From an uncultured Bacilli bacterium (GTDB lineage: Bacteria > Bacillota_I > Bacilli_A > RF39 > UBA660), in contig CAKPIT010000002.1 in the NCBI GenBank assembly GCA_934162445.1, forward strand, positions 77,379-141,378: 64,000 nucleotides of DNA, given 5' to 3'. The position numbers were made by a program, and so were the translations under genes. Shown here piece after piece: positions 1-9,050 of this stretch. The notes under the pieces were generated by a model that made no database searches, had not been told where the DNA came from, and worked only from the letters and a program-made list of their open reading frames with translations. Numbering within the stretch: the first letter of the stretch is position 1; each line of letters begins with the position of its first letter.

Positions 1-280
1 TCTTTTACTGTTTGTTTTGAACTTAATATTTAGACAAGAAGGTGTTACTAAAAATATATTTTATAATTTAACTTGTTGTTTAGTTTTTGCAGTAATTATT
101 TTCTGTTGTTATCGTGCTATTTTTGATAAGAATATGATTATTAGTAAAAGATATGGTTATGGTATTGATTTTAATTATTTTGATAATTTAGCATCTTATA
201 TTAATATTATGTTGTATGGATTATGTATTGGTGATATTTTCTTTATGTTTAAGGAAAGAACTAAAAAGGTAACTGAATAA
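1..280 (+). CDS. 3' end of a hypothetical hydrophobic protein running in from the left edge
   Basis: Frame 2 is open from position 2 to the TAA at 278-280. The translation is hydrophobic and Cys/Phe-rich. No recognisable family. Confidence 0.3.
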   Translation, partial: LLLFVLNLIFRQEGVTKNIFYNLTCCLVFAVIIFCCYRAIFDKNMIISKRYGYGIDFNYFDNLASYINIMLYGLCIGDIFFMFKERTKKVTE

Positions 281-347
281 GAGTCTAAGTGTAATACTTA
301 GATTTTTTATTTGCAATTGTTTCTTATTCAATATATAATTTTAGTTA

Positions 348-1148
348 GTGATGTATATGGAAGAATTTAATTTTAAAAAGAAATTTGGGCAAAATTTTCT
401 AAAGAATAAAGCTGTTATTGGAAATATTGCTAAATGTGGGGATGTTTTATCTAATTCTCTTATTATTGAAGTTGGACCCGGGAGTGGTAGTTTAACGGTG
501 GAGATGGCTAAACTTTATCCTGATAGTAATATTTTAGCTTATGAAATTGATGAGACACTTGAAGATGTTATTTATGATAATACACATGAATTTAAAAATA
601 TTAACATTAAGTTTGCTGATTTTTTGAAGTGTGATTTAAATAAAGATATAGCTGGTTATAGTTTTGATAATCTTTATTTTATTAGTAATGTACCATATTA
701 TATAACAACGCCTATTTTATTTAAATTGATTGATTCTAATTTACCCTTTGAAAAAATTGTAATGATGGTTCAAAAGGAAGTGGGAGATAGGTTTTCTAGT
801 AAGGTATCTTGTAAAAATTATGGGGCTTTAACAGTTATTCTTAATTATTATTTTGAAATAAAGAAAGAGTTTTTAGTAGATAGAAATCAATTTGTTCCAA
901 GGCCCAATGTTGATAGTGTTGTGGTATCGTTTAGGAGAAAGAAAAACCAGGATGCTGTTGATAAAGATAAGTTTATAAAACTTGTTCATGATAGTTTTAA
1001 ATTTAAACGGAAGATGCTTCGTAATAATTTGAAGGATTATGATCTTGATAAGATTTCTAAGGTTTTAGAAAAATATGGTTATGATTTGAGTGTTAGAGCG
1101 GAGGCTCTTGATTATAAAGTATTTGTAGAAATTGCTAATAGTCTTTAG
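348..1148 (+). CDS. rsmA: 16S rRNA (adenine1518/1519-N6)-dimethyltransferase RsmA/KsgA
   Basis: N-terminal GQNFL motif and EVGPGSGSLT SAM-binding motif. The NVPYYITTPI motif is present. Length 266 aa. Synteny rsmA-yabG-veg as in Bacillus. Confidence 0.9.
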   Translation: MMYMEEFNFKKKFGQNFLKNKAVIGNIAKCGDVLSNSLIIEVGPGSGSLTVEMAKLYPDSNILAYEIDETLEDVIYDNTHEFKNINIKFADFLKCDLNKDIAGYSFDNLYFISNVPYYITTPILFKLIDSNLPFEKIVMMVQKEVGDRFSSKVSCKNYGALTVILNYYFEIKKEFLVDRNQFVPRPNVDSVVVSFRRKKNQDAVDKDKFIKLVHDSFKFKRKMLRNNLKDYDLDKISKVLEKYGYDLSVRAEALDYKVFVEIANSL

Positions 1149-1149
1149 T

Positions 1150-1176
1150 ATATTTCTTTTTTTTTTACCATATTAT
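1150..1176 (+). promoter_or_regulatory. Mother-cell sigma (sigE/sigK-type)-like promoter upstream of yabG
   Basis: ATATT (1150-54), 14 nt spacer, CATATTAT (1169-76), then RBS GTGGTGATA. An almost identical motif lies upstream of yabP. Confidence 0.45.
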
Positions 1177-1190
1177 TTAGTGGTGATATT

Positions 1191-1967
1191 ATGTTTAAAA
1201 TAGGTGATGTTGTTACAAGAAATTCTTATGATAATGATATTTTGTTTGTTATTATTGATATAGATCAGGATGTAGCATATTTAAAAGGACTTGATGTTAG
1301 GCTTTATGCGGATAGTTTTTTAACTGATTTAAAAAAGATGACTAATATTATGGATAATGATGATCGAGGGGATCTTTTAAAGGTCCGTGATATCTTAAAA
1401 CTTGATAGGAGTGAGTATTTTTATTTGCCGGGAAAGATTCTTCATATTGATGGAGATAAGGACTATTTGAAGCGATGTATTGATTTTTATAAAGAGATGC
1501 ATCTTGAAGCATATGGTATTAATTTAGAAGAAGAATTTATTAAGGATCAAATTGAATTACTTATTAAGGAATATAAACCAGATATTATTGTAATTACGGG
1601 TCATGATTCGTTTAAGAAAAATAAAAATAAAAATGATATTAATAGTTATCAAAATTCACTTAATTTTGTTAAAGCGGTTATTAAGGCTCGAGAATGTGAG
1701 AGAAATCAGGACAAACTTATTATTATAGCTGGGGCTTGTCAATCTTATTATGAGGATTTAATTAAGGCAGGGGCTAATTTTGCGTCTAGTCCGAAACGAA
1801 TTAATATTCATGCTCTTGATCCGGCTATTATTGCTAGTTTGATTGCTCTTCTTCCTAAAAATAAGGAAATTGATTTAATTTCTGTTATTTCCAAAACGCA
1901 TTATGGAAGTGCTGGAATGGGTGGTATTATTACAAATGGGGTTATGTATGTGGGGTATCCTAGATGA
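1191..1967 (+). CDS. yabG: Sporulation-specific protease YabG (peptidase U57)
   Basis: N-terminus FKIGDVVTRNSYDNDILFVIIDI is very similar to B. subtilis YabG (QIGDMVARKSY..ILFRIIGI). Lies downstream of ksgA and upstream of veg as in Bacillus. Ends with TGA, overlapping the veg ATG. Confidence 0.8.
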   Translation: MFKIGDVVTRNSYDNDILFVIIDIDQDVAYLKGLDVRLYADSFLTDLKKMTNIMDNDDRGDLLKVRDILKLDRSEYFYLPGKILHIDGDKDYLKRCIDFYKEMHLEAYGINLEEEFIKDQIELLIKEYKPDIIVITGHDSFKKNKNKNDINSYQNSLNFVKAVIKARECERNQDKLIIIAGACQSYYEDLIKAGANFASSPKRINIHALDPAIIASLIALLPKNKEIDLISVISKTHYGSAGMGGIITNGVMYVGYPR

Positions 1968-2179
1968 ATATAGATAGAGTAAGGGAAGATGTGAAAAATG
2001 AAGAGGGTAAAATCTTACATTTTAAGTTTAATGGCAGTAGAAATCAAATTTTAGAGTTTGATGGAAAGATTATTGAAACGTATCCTTCTATCTTTGTAGT
2101 TAAGCTTTTAAATGAGGATAATATTAAATCTTTTTCTTATAGTGATATTGTCACTTCTAGTTTGGAAATAATTAGATAA
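1964..2179 (+). CDS. veg: Veg protein (biofilm/sporulation-associated small protein)
   Basis: 71 aa. Conserved Veg core ...ETYPSIFVVKL...FSYSDI.... Position after yabG. Confidence 0.8.
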   Translation: MNIDRVREDVKNEEGKILHFKFNGSRNQILEFDGKIIETYPSIFVVKLLNEDNIKSFSYSDIVTSSLEIIR

Positions 2180-2256
2180 AAATACTTGCCAAAGTGTTGT
2201 TCTTGTTATAAAATTGTAGTATAAAGTTTTAAGACTTTAAAAGGAGGATACATATT

Positions 2257-2529
2257 ATGAAAATTACATCTGTAAATGTACGTAAGATTGAAAAAGAGGG
2301 AAGTAGAATGAAAGGGATTGCTTCAGTATTATTAGATGATGCTTTTGCAGTTCATGACATTCGTATTATTGAAGGCGATAATGGTTTATTTATTGCGATG
2401 CCTAGTAGAAAAACACAAACGGGAGGATATCGTGATATAGCTCATCCTATTAATCCTGAGGTGAGAGCAATGTTCCAAGATAAAATAATTGAAGCATATA
2501 ATAATGCAAAAGATGAAGAAGAAGCTTAA
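2257..2529 (+). CDS. spoVG: Septation protein SpoVG
   Basis: Motifs [25 protein letters not shown]....[10 protein letters not shown] are almost identical to SpoVG. Good RBS AAGGAGGA. Confidence 0.9.
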   Translation: MKITSVNVRKIEKEGSRMKGIASVLLDDAFAVHDIRIIEGDNGLFIAMPSRKTQTGGYRDIAHPINPEVRAMFQDKIIEAYNNAKDEEEA

Positions 2530-2547
2530 TTGCTTCTTTTTTTGCAT
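2518..2547 (+). terminator. Terminator after spoVG
   Basis: AAGAAGC-ttaatt-GCTTCTT followed by T7. Confidence 0.55.
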
Positions 2548-2571
2548 ATTCTTTTTCTTTTAGCATATTAT
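2546..2571 (+). promoter_or_regulatory. Mother-cell sigma (sigE/sigK-type)-like promoter upstream of yabP
   Basis: ATATT (2546-50), 13 nt spacer, CATATTAT (2564-71), then TTAGTGGGTGATA. The shared 27-mer is CATATTATTTAGTGG(G)TGATA. Confidence 0.45.
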
Positions 2572-2578
2572 TTAGTGG

Positions 2579-2884
2579 GTGATAATAGTGGAAGGAAAGG
2601 ATACAATTATAAATAATTATAATCATAGTATAACAATTACAGAAAGAAAGAATTTACTTATTACGGGGGTTAAAAAAATTGAAAATTTTGATAATGAGGA
2701 ATTCTTGTTGGAAACAATTATGGGCCTTTTAGCTGTTAAAGGGGAAGATTTGGAACTTATTAAACTTGATACTTTACAAGGTAATGTATCGATTAAGGGA
2801 CTTATTAAAGGATTAACTTATCTTGATGATGATAATAAGAAAACAAAAGATGGGCCTAGTGTATTTAGTCGGTTATTTAAATGA
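2579..2884 (+). CDS. yabP: Sporulation protein YabP
   Basis: Conserved YabP core ITGVKKIENFDNEEFLLETIMGLLAVKGEDL..LD...G.VSIKG. GTG start. Followed by a yabQ-like membrane ORF as in Bacillus. Confidence 0.75.
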   Translation: MIIVEGKDTIINNYNHSITITERKNLLITGVKKIENFDNEEFLLETIMGLLAVKGEDLELIKLDTLQGNVSIKGLIKGLTYLDDDNKKTKDGPSVFSRLFK

Positions 2885-3201
2885 GTTTAACCATACAAAT
2901 TATCAGTAGTATTTATTCGGTTGGTTATGGTCTTTTTTTAGGGGTTGTTTATAATATTAATTATAAATTTTTGTTTAATAAAAGAAAAGTTACAAAAATA
3001 GTTTTTAATTTTATATTTGTAATGGATCTTGTCTTAATTTATTTTTTGTTTTTAAAAAGAATTAATCAAGGAATTATTCATCCATATTTTTATTTGTTAA
3101 TTATTTTAGGATTTAGTATAACTTTTAAAAAGTTTAAATTTTTACGAAGGATTAAGTTTAATTTGTTAAAAAAAACTATCAAAAAGTGTAAAAAAGACTA
3201 G
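2881..3201 (+). CDS. yabQ: Spore cortex biosynthesis membrane protein YabQ-like
   Basis: Small polytopic membrane protein translationally coupled to yabP (ATGA overlap). Positional equivalence with yabP-yabQ-divIC. Confidence 0.5.
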   Translation: MSLTIQIISSIYSVGYGLFLGVVYNINYKFLFNKRKVTKIVFNFIFVMDLVLIYFLFLKRINQGIIHPYFYLLIILGFSITFKKFKFLRRIKFNLLKKTIKKCKKD

Positions 3202-3224
3202 ACATTATTGCACTAGTCTTTTTA
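3194..3224 (+). terminator. Terminator after yabQ
   Basis: AAGACTAG-N11-CTAGTCTT followed by a T-run. Confidence 0.55.
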
Positions 3225-3261
3225 TGATACTATAATATATGTTAGGAAAGTGGGTGATATT

Positions 3262-3573
3262 ATGGCGAAGAGAAGAAAGAAAAAGAAAATGGGGCCAGTA
3301 CTTTTGATTGGGGTTTCTTTACTTGCTATTAGTATTACTACTTTTACGATATTTAAGTATTGGACAGAAATTTATAGTAAATATAAAGAGAAGAATGAGT
3401 TACAGAAAAAACTGGCATCTTTGAAAGATAAGGAAGAAGAATTAAAGGTGGATGTTAATAAGTTACAAGATTCTGATTATGTTGCAAGGTATGCAAGGGA
3501 GAAGTATTTTTATTCTAAAGATGGGGAATATATTTTAAAAATTCCTGAGGATGATAAGAAGGCAAGTGATTAA
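3262..3573 (+). CDS. divIC: Septum formation initiator DivIC/FtsB family
   Basis: Basic N-terminus, single TM, then a coiled coil (ELQKKLASLKDKEEELKVDVNKLQ) and a conserved DYVARYAREK..Y tail typical of DivIC/FtsB. ATG at 3262 is preferred over the track start. Confidence 0.6.
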   Translation: MAKRRKKKKMGPVLLIGVSLLAISITTFTIFKYWTEIYSKYKEKNELQKKLASLKDKEEELKVDVNKLQDSDYVARYAREKYFYSKDGEYILKIPEDDKKASD

Positions 3574-3575
3574 GC

Positions 3576-4892
3576 ATGGATGTTTTAGAATTATATAAAG
3601 ATATTAAAATTAAAGAAAATGATTATATTGTTTTTGGTTGTAGTTATGGACCTGATTCTATGGCTTTATTTCGGAGTTTACTTGAGTTAAGACGTCATAT
3701 TAATATCAAGCTTGTGTGTTGTCATGTTAACCATAGTAAAAGAAAGGAATCACTTCAAGAACAAATTGATCTTGAAAATTATTGTAAAAAGTATGATGTT
3801 ATTTTTGAGTATATGAAAATTGAAAAGTATGGTGATGATAATTTTCATAACGAGGCTCGTAATATTAGATATAATTTTTTTGATTCAGTTGTTAGTAAAT
3901 ATAATGCTAAATATTTAATGATGGCCCATCATGGTGATGATTTGATGGAAACTATTTTAATGCGAATAGTTAGAGGATCTACTTTAATAGGTTATAGTGG
4001 TTTTCAAAAATTAGTGAGACGCGGTGATTATTATGTTTTTAGACCATTTATTGGAATGACAAAAAAGGAACTTGAGGAGTTTGACGCAAGGTTTCATATT
4101 CCTTATGCAATTGATGCTTCTAACTTTAGTGATGTTTATACAAGAAATAGATATCGAAAGGTGGTACTTCCTTTTCTAAAAAAAGAAGATATTAATGTTC
4201 ATAAAAAGTTTTTGAAGTTTAGTAATACTCTTTTTGAAGCAAATATGTTTATTGAAAAGGAAGTTAATAAATATTTTGGATTGATCGTTAATGATAATGA
4301 ATTAAATATTAAGAGTTTTTTGGAGATTGATCCGTTTTTACAAAAAATTATTTTGGAAAAGTTTATTTCTTCTTTTTATCAAGATGATTTAATGCTTATT
4401 AATGATCGCCATGTTAAATTATTACAGAAATTAATTAAAAGTAAAAGAAGTAATGCTACTATCTTTTTACCTAATGATGTTAAGGTTGTTAAAGCATATG
4501 ATTATTTAACAATAAAAAGGGATCCTGATTTAGTTAGTAGCTATGAAATTGAGGTTATGAAGGAGGTTATTCTTCCTAATAATCATAAATTATTGATGGT
4601 TGATGAGGTTAAGTCTAACAGCAATAATATCATCAAATTATCTAGTAAGGAAGTTAGTTTGCCATTGATAGTAAGAACAAGAAGAGTTGGGGATGTTATT
4701 TCTCTTAAGGGATCTGGTCATAAGAAAATTAAAGATATTTTTATTGAGAAAAAAATTCCTTTGGCAAAGCGAGATTTGTGGCCAATTGTTACTGATAGTA
4801 AAGGGGTAATTCTTTTTGTGCCGGGGTTAAAAAAATCTAAATTTGATAAGACTAATAATGATTTTTATGATATAATATTGAGATATGAGTAA
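3576..4892 (+). CDS. tilS: tRNA(Ile)-lysidine synthetase TilS
   Basis: PP-loop SYGPDS(MAL) motif near the N-terminus. About 438 aa. Sits immediately upstream of ftsH as in Bacillus (tilS-hprT-ftsH, with hprT absent here). Confidence 0.85.
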   Translation: MDVLELYKDIKIKENDYIVFGCSYGPDSMALFRSLLELRRHINIKLVCCHVNHSKRKESLQEQIDLENYCKKYDVIFEYMKIEKYGDDNFHNEARNIRYNFFDSVVSKYNAKYLMMAHHGDDLMETILMRIVRGSTLIGYSGFQKLVRRGDYYVFRPFIGMTKKELEEFDARFHIPYAIDASNFSDVYTRNRYRKVVLPFLKKEDINVHKKFLKFSNTLFEANMFIEKEVNKYFGLIVNDNELNIKSFLEIDPFLQKIILEKFISSFYQDDLMLINDRHVKLLQKLIKSKRSNATIFLPNDVKVVKAYDYLTIKRDPDLVSSYEIEVMKEVILPNNHKLLMVDEVKSNSNNIIKLSSKEVSLPLIVRTRRVGDVISLKGSGHKKIKDIFIEKKIPLAKRDLWPIVTDSKGVILFVPGLKKSKFDKTNNDFYDIILRYE

Positions 4893-4909
4893 GGAAAAGG
4901 AGAGATTTG

Positions 4910-6877
4910 ATGAATATAAATAAAAAAACAGTTAAGAAGGGATTATTACCTTATATATTTTTGCTTTTAGTGATGCTTGGAGTTTTCTATTTTGTTAGTG
5001 TTGCTAATCAAAAAGTTCATGTTTTAGATTATAATGAATTTATTACTAATATTTCTAGTGGTAATGTTAAAAGTCTTGAGATAACACCAAGAGATCGGGC
5101 TAAAACCTATGAAATTGTAGGTAAATTAGACAATTATGCTAAGAATGAAAGCTTTTTTGTACGGGTACCATTATCAGAGCAGGTTATGAAAAAAATTGTA
5201 GATGCTAATAGTAAATATGATTTTAAGTTTGTTAGTAATTCTGATCCTGATTCAAGTACATTATTATTAATTCTTGCTAATTATTTACCGATTGCATTAA
5301 TTCTTGTTGGCGGATTCTTTCTTTTAAGTAAACAGATGGGTGGTAAGAATGGTTCATTTGATTTTGGTAAAAGTAAGGCTAAACTTTCTAGTGATAAGAA
5401 TAAAGTAACGTTTAAAGATGTGGCAGGACTTAATGAAGAAAAAGAAGAAGTAAAAGAACTTATTGATTTTTTGAAAAATCCTAAAAAGTTTCAAAAACTT
5501 GGGGCAAGAATTCCTAAAGGGGTTCTTCTTTATGGGCCTCCCGGAACTGGTAAAACTTTATTAGCTAGAGCTGTAGCAGGAGAAGCTAATGTTCCATTCT
5601 ATTACATTAGTGGTTCTGATTTTGTGGAACTTTTTGTTGGTGTTGGTGCTAGTCGTGTTCGTGATATGTTCCAACAAGCTAAAAGAACGGCACCTTGTTT
5701 AATTTTCATTGATGAAATTGATGCGGTTGGTAGACAACGTGGTACTGGTATTGGTGGTGGCCATGATGAGAGGGAACAAACTTTAAATCAACTTCTTACT
5801 GAGATGGATGGTTTTGGAGAAAATGAAGGTATCATTATTATTGCGGCTACTAATAGACCTGATGTTTTGGATCCTGCTTTACTTAGACCGGGTAGATTTG
5901 ATAGACAAGTTACAGTTAATTTACCTGATGTTAAAGGACGTGAAGAAATTTTAAAAGTTCATGCTCGTAATAAAGTTTTAGCTCCTAGTGTTAATATTAG
6001 TGCAATTGCTAAGAGAACACCGGGTTATTCTGGAGCTGATCTTGAAAATTTACTTAATGAAGCAGCACTTCTTGCAGTACGCCGAAATAAAGATAGTATT
6101 ACTATGAGTGAAATAGATGAGGCTTCTGATAGAGTATTAATGGGACCTGCTAAGAGTAGTGCTAAACGTAGTGAAAATGATCGTAAGCTGGTGGCTTATC
6201 ATGAATCTGGTCATGCCGTTGTTGGTATTAAACTTCAAGGGGCTAGTGATGTTCAAAAAGTAACTATCATTCCAAGAGGATCTGCAGGTGGTTATAATAT
6301 GATGATTCCTAGTGAAGAGAAAATGTGCCAAACTAAGACTGATTTGCTTGAACAAATAACGGGACTTCTTGCTGGTAGAGTGGCTGAAGAAGTTGTATTT
6401 AAAGAAGTAACAACAGGAGCTCAAAATGACTTTGAAAAGGCGACAAAGATTGCAAGAGCGATGGTTACTGAATATGGTATGAGTGACTTAGGACCAATGC
6501 AACTTGAGCAAAGAGAAGGAAGTGCTTTCTTAGGAAGAGATTATGCTAAGAGTCAAAACTTTTCTAATGAGGTTGCTCATGAAATTGACCAAGAAATGCG
6601 TAAAATTATTGATAAGTGTTATTTAGATGCTAAGAAAATAATTAAAGATAATATGAAATTACTTGATCTTTTAGCTAAGACTTTACTTGAATATGAAACT
6701 CTTACTAAAGAACAAATTGATTATTTAGTTTTAAATGGTAAAATGCCTAGTGAAGAAGAAGAAACTACTTATGAAAAAATGAGTTTAACTAAGTTAAAAG
6801 AGTTGGCTAAAGAAAAGGGGATTAAGAATTATTCAAAGATGAATAAGGCTGAAATTATAAAAGAACTTGAGAAATAG
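4910..6877 (+). CDS. ftsH: ATP-dependent zinc metalloprotease FtsH
   Basis: Walker A GPPGTGKT, Walker B IIFIDEID, SRH, and HEXXH (HESGHAV). Two N-terminal TM segments. Carries an extra C-terminal tail. Confidence 0.95.
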   Translation: MNINKKTVKKGLLPYIFLLLVMLGVFYFVSVANQKVHVLDYNEFITNISSGNVKSLEITPRDRAKTYEIVGKLDNYAKNESFFVRVPLSEQVMKKIVDANSKYDFKFVSNSDPDSSTLLLILANYLPIALILVGGFFLLSKQMGGKNGSFDFGKSKAKLSSDKNKVTFKDVAGLNEEKEEVKELIDFLKNPKKFQKLGARIPKGVLLYGPPGTGKTLLARAVAGEANVPFYYISGSDFVELFVGVGASRVRDMFQQAKRTAPCLIFIDEIDAVGRQRGTGIGGGHDEREQTLNQLLTEMDGFGENEGIIIIAATNRPDVLDPALLRPGRFDRQVTVNLPDVKGREEILKVHARNKVLAPSVNISAIAKRTPGYSGADLENLLNEAALLAVRRNKDSITMSEIDEASDRVLMGPAKSSAKRSENDRKLVAYHESGHAVVGIKLQGASDVQKVTIIPRGSAGGYNMMIPSEEKMCQTKTDLLEQITGLLAGRVAEEVVFKEVTTGAQNDFEKATKIARAMVTEYGMSDLGPMQLEQREGSAFLGRDYAKSQNFSNEVAHEIDQEMRKIIDKCYLDAKKIIKDNMKLLDLLAKTLLEYETLTKEQIDYLVLNGKMPSEEEETTYEKMSLTKLKELAKEKGIKNYSKMNKAEIIKELEK

Positions 6878-6888
6878 TTCTTTTTTTA
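6862..6888 (+). terminator. Rho-independent terminator after ftsH
   Basis: Hairpin AGAACT-tgagaaat-AGTTCT followed by a T7 run. Confidence 0.55.
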
Positions 6889-6927
6889 GTATTATATGTG
6901 TAGTTATAAATTTTGGAGGTATTATTT

Positions 6928-7362
6928 ATGAAAAAGAAATCGTTTAAAGCAAATAAGAAAGTAAAAAAAGAAATGAGTGAATTTAAGAAATTTATTAGTA
7001 AGGGTTCTATTATTGATATGGCAATAGGGGTTATAATTGGAGGAGCTTTTGGTAAAATTGTTACTAGTTTAGTAAATGATATTATAATGCCTCTTATTGG
7101 AATAATTTTAGGTGGTCTTGATTTTAGTGAATTACAACTTAAAATTGGGGATGCTTCTATTCGGTATGGTTCGTTTATTCAAAGTGTAGTGGATTTTTTA
7201 ATTATTGCTATTTGTATATTTATTATGATTCAGGTTTTAAAAGATATTAAAGCGAAGGCTGATTTAAAACTTGGAAAGAAGAAGGAAGAGGTTATAGATA
7301 AGAAGAGTGATGAGGTTCTTCTTCTTATGGAAATAAGGGATTTATTAGCAAAGAATAAGTAA
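6928..7362 (+). CDS. mscL: Large-conductance mechanosensitive channel MscL
   Basis: [27 protein letters not shown]...IIMPLIG is the MscL signature. RBS GGAGG sits 8 nt upstream of the ATG at 6928. Confidence 0.85.
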   Translation: MKKKSFKANKKVKKEMSEFKKFISKGSIIDMAIGVIIGGAFGKIVTSLVNDIIMPLIGIILGGLDFSELQLKIGDASIRYGSFIQSVVDFLIIAICIFIMIQVLKDIKAKADLKLGKKKEEVIDKKSDEVLLLMEIRDLLAKNK

Positions 7363-7378
7363 TAAGGGGGAATTTATT

Positions 7379-8356
7379 TTGTGGTATATTGGTGATGTTA
7401 AAATAGATAATCAAGTTGTTTTAGCGCCAATGGCAGGGATTGGTAATAGTGCTTATCGGCAGATTATCAAAGAAATGGGTTGTGGCTTAATTTATGCGGA
7501 AATGGTTAGTGATAAGGCTATTTGTTATGATAATAAGAAAACAATTGATATGCTTTATATGAATGAGATGGAACGACCTATTGTGCAACAGATCTTTGGA
7601 AGTGATAAAGAAACTTTTGTTGAAGCTGCTAAATATATAGAACGAGTAATGCATCCAGATATTATAGATATTAATATGGGATGTCCGGTTCCTAAAGTTG
7701 CGTTAAGAAGTCAAGCAGGGAGTGCTTTGCTTAAAGATGAACAAAAGATTAAGGAAATTGTTAGTAGTGTAGTTTGTGCAGTTAAGTGTCCTGTAACGGT
7801 TAAAATACGTAGTGGTTGGGATAGTGAACATATTAATGCAGTTAGTGTTGCTAAGGTGTGTGAGGAAGCGGGAGCTAGTGCTATTTGTGTTCATGCGAGG
7901 ACAAGAAGTCAAGGTTATAGTGGTAAGGCGGATTGGAATATTATTAAGGCTGTCAAAGAAAGTGTTAATATCCCAGTTATTGGTAATGGCGATGTAACAA
8001 CGCCTTTAAAGGCTAAAGAGATGCTTGATTTTACTTCTTGCGATGCTGTAATGATTGGTAGAGGGGCTCTTGGTAATCCATGGCTTATTAGAAATACAGT
8101 TTTATATTTAGAGGGTAAAGATTACACTTTACCAACGGATATAGAAAAAGTTGATATGTGTATAAAACATCTATTACTATTAACTAAGTTAAAATCAGAG
8201 CATCAGGCTCTTCTTGAAATTAGAAGTCATGTGGGTTGGTATTTAAAAGGGGTTAGAGGAAGTAATGAAATAAAAAAGAAAATTTATCAAACTGTGAAAC
8301 TTTGTGATATACTACATATATTGAATGAATTTAGAGAGGAGTTAGAAAATGGCTAA
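7379..8356 (+). CDS. dus: tRNA-dihydrouridine synthase
   Basis: VVLAPMAGIGNSAYR motif and TIM-barrel FMN motifs (DINMGCP, catalytic Cys). Position between mscL and lysS as dusB in Bacillus. Confidence 0.85.
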   Translation: MWYIGDVKIDNQVVLAPMAGIGNSAYRQIIKEMGCGLIYAEMVSDKAICYDNKKTIDMLYMNEMERPIVQQIFGSDKETFVEAAKYIERVMHPDIIDINMGCPVPKVALRSQAGSALLKDEQKIKEIVSSVVCAVKCPVTVKIRSGWDSEHINAVSVAKVCEEAGASAICVHARTRSQGYSGKADWNIIKAVKESVNIPVIGNGDVTTPLKAKEMLDFTSCDAVMIGRGALGNPWLIRNTVLYLEGKDYTLPTDIEKVDMCIKHLLLLTKLKSEHQALLEIRSHVGWYLKGVRGSNEIKKKIYQTVKLCDILHILNEFREELENG

Positions 8357-9050
8357 GAAGAGTGCAACTTTTACTTTTGATAAGAAAAAAGAAAACGAAG
8401 AGAATGTTGATAAATCTTTAGAGATGAAGGCAACTTTTACTCAAAGATTATTTGCGTTTATTGTTGATGCAATTATTTTAGGATTTATATCAACGTTAAT
8501 AATCAGTTTTATTCCAATTAATGATGCTTCAAAAAGACTTTATGAACAACAAGAAGAGGTTATTAAAGATTATACTGATAAAAAAATAACGATGGATAAA
8601 TATGTTAATGAAATGCTTGATATTAATTATGATATTTCTAGACAAACTTATATCTTATCAATTGTTTCTATTGCCTTAAGTTTATGTTATTATGTTATAT
8701 ATCCATGTTATAATAATGGACAAACCCTTGGGAAAAAATTATTTAAAATAAGGGTTAAAAAGCTTAATGATAAAGATCTTTCAATGAATGATTTATTGAT
8801 AAGAGCAATGATTAATAATAGTATACTTTATAGTATATTGGGAGTTATTTTGGTTCTTTTTTTGAAAAAAGATATTTATTTAGGAGTTACTTCACTGATG
8901 GGAGTGACACAATATTTGGTTCTTTTTGTTAGTTTATTATTAATAGCCTTTTCAAAAAGAAGTCAAGGTCTTCATGATTTGGTAGTACATACTGAAGTTG
9001 TAATGGCTAATACAGTAAAGGAGGAGAAATTATGCCAAGAAGGGAATTAA
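8349..9050 (+). CDS. RDD-family membrane protein
   Basis: RLFAFIVDAIILGFIS RDD-like motif with several TM helices. Basic/acidic N-terminus. Confidence 0.5.
   Translation: MAKKSATFTFDKKKENEENVDKSLEMKATFTQRLFAFIVDAIILGFISTLIISFIPINDASKRLYEQQEEVIKDYTDKKITMDKYVNEMLDINYDISRQTYILSIVSIALSLCYYVIYPCYNNGQTLGKKLFKIRVKKLNDKDLSMNDLLIRAMINNSILYSILGVILVLFLKKDIYLGVTSLMGVTQYLVLFVSLLLIAFSKRSQGLHDLVVHTEVVMANTVKEEKLCQEGN

Noticed and set aside
1965-1967. Alternative genetic code (UGA read as Trp, Mollicutes-style), considered because of the very low GC and the Mollicutes-like ClpB.
   Set aside because: TGA terminates yabG and lgt at the expected positions. Universally conserved proteins (EF-Tu, EF-G, UvrA, LysS) translate at full length under the standard code using TGG for Trp.
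6137-6424. Antisense and alternative-frame ORFs from the six-frame track inside ftsH, dus, the membrane transporter, clpC, uvrA, trxB/yvcK, fusA, tuf, femAB, capA, the recombinase and clpB (for example 6137-6424, 7703-7997, 11196-11525, 12588-12908, 20116-20361, 24552-24743, 30277-30477, 31614-31975, 32505-32699, 35103-35285, 41055-41243, 48108-48302, 50655-51014, 53812-54174, 54596-54817).
   Set aside because: Each is fully embedded in a strongly supported conserved gene on the other strand or frame. They have low-complexity, AT-codon-driven composition and no RBS, so they are spurious.
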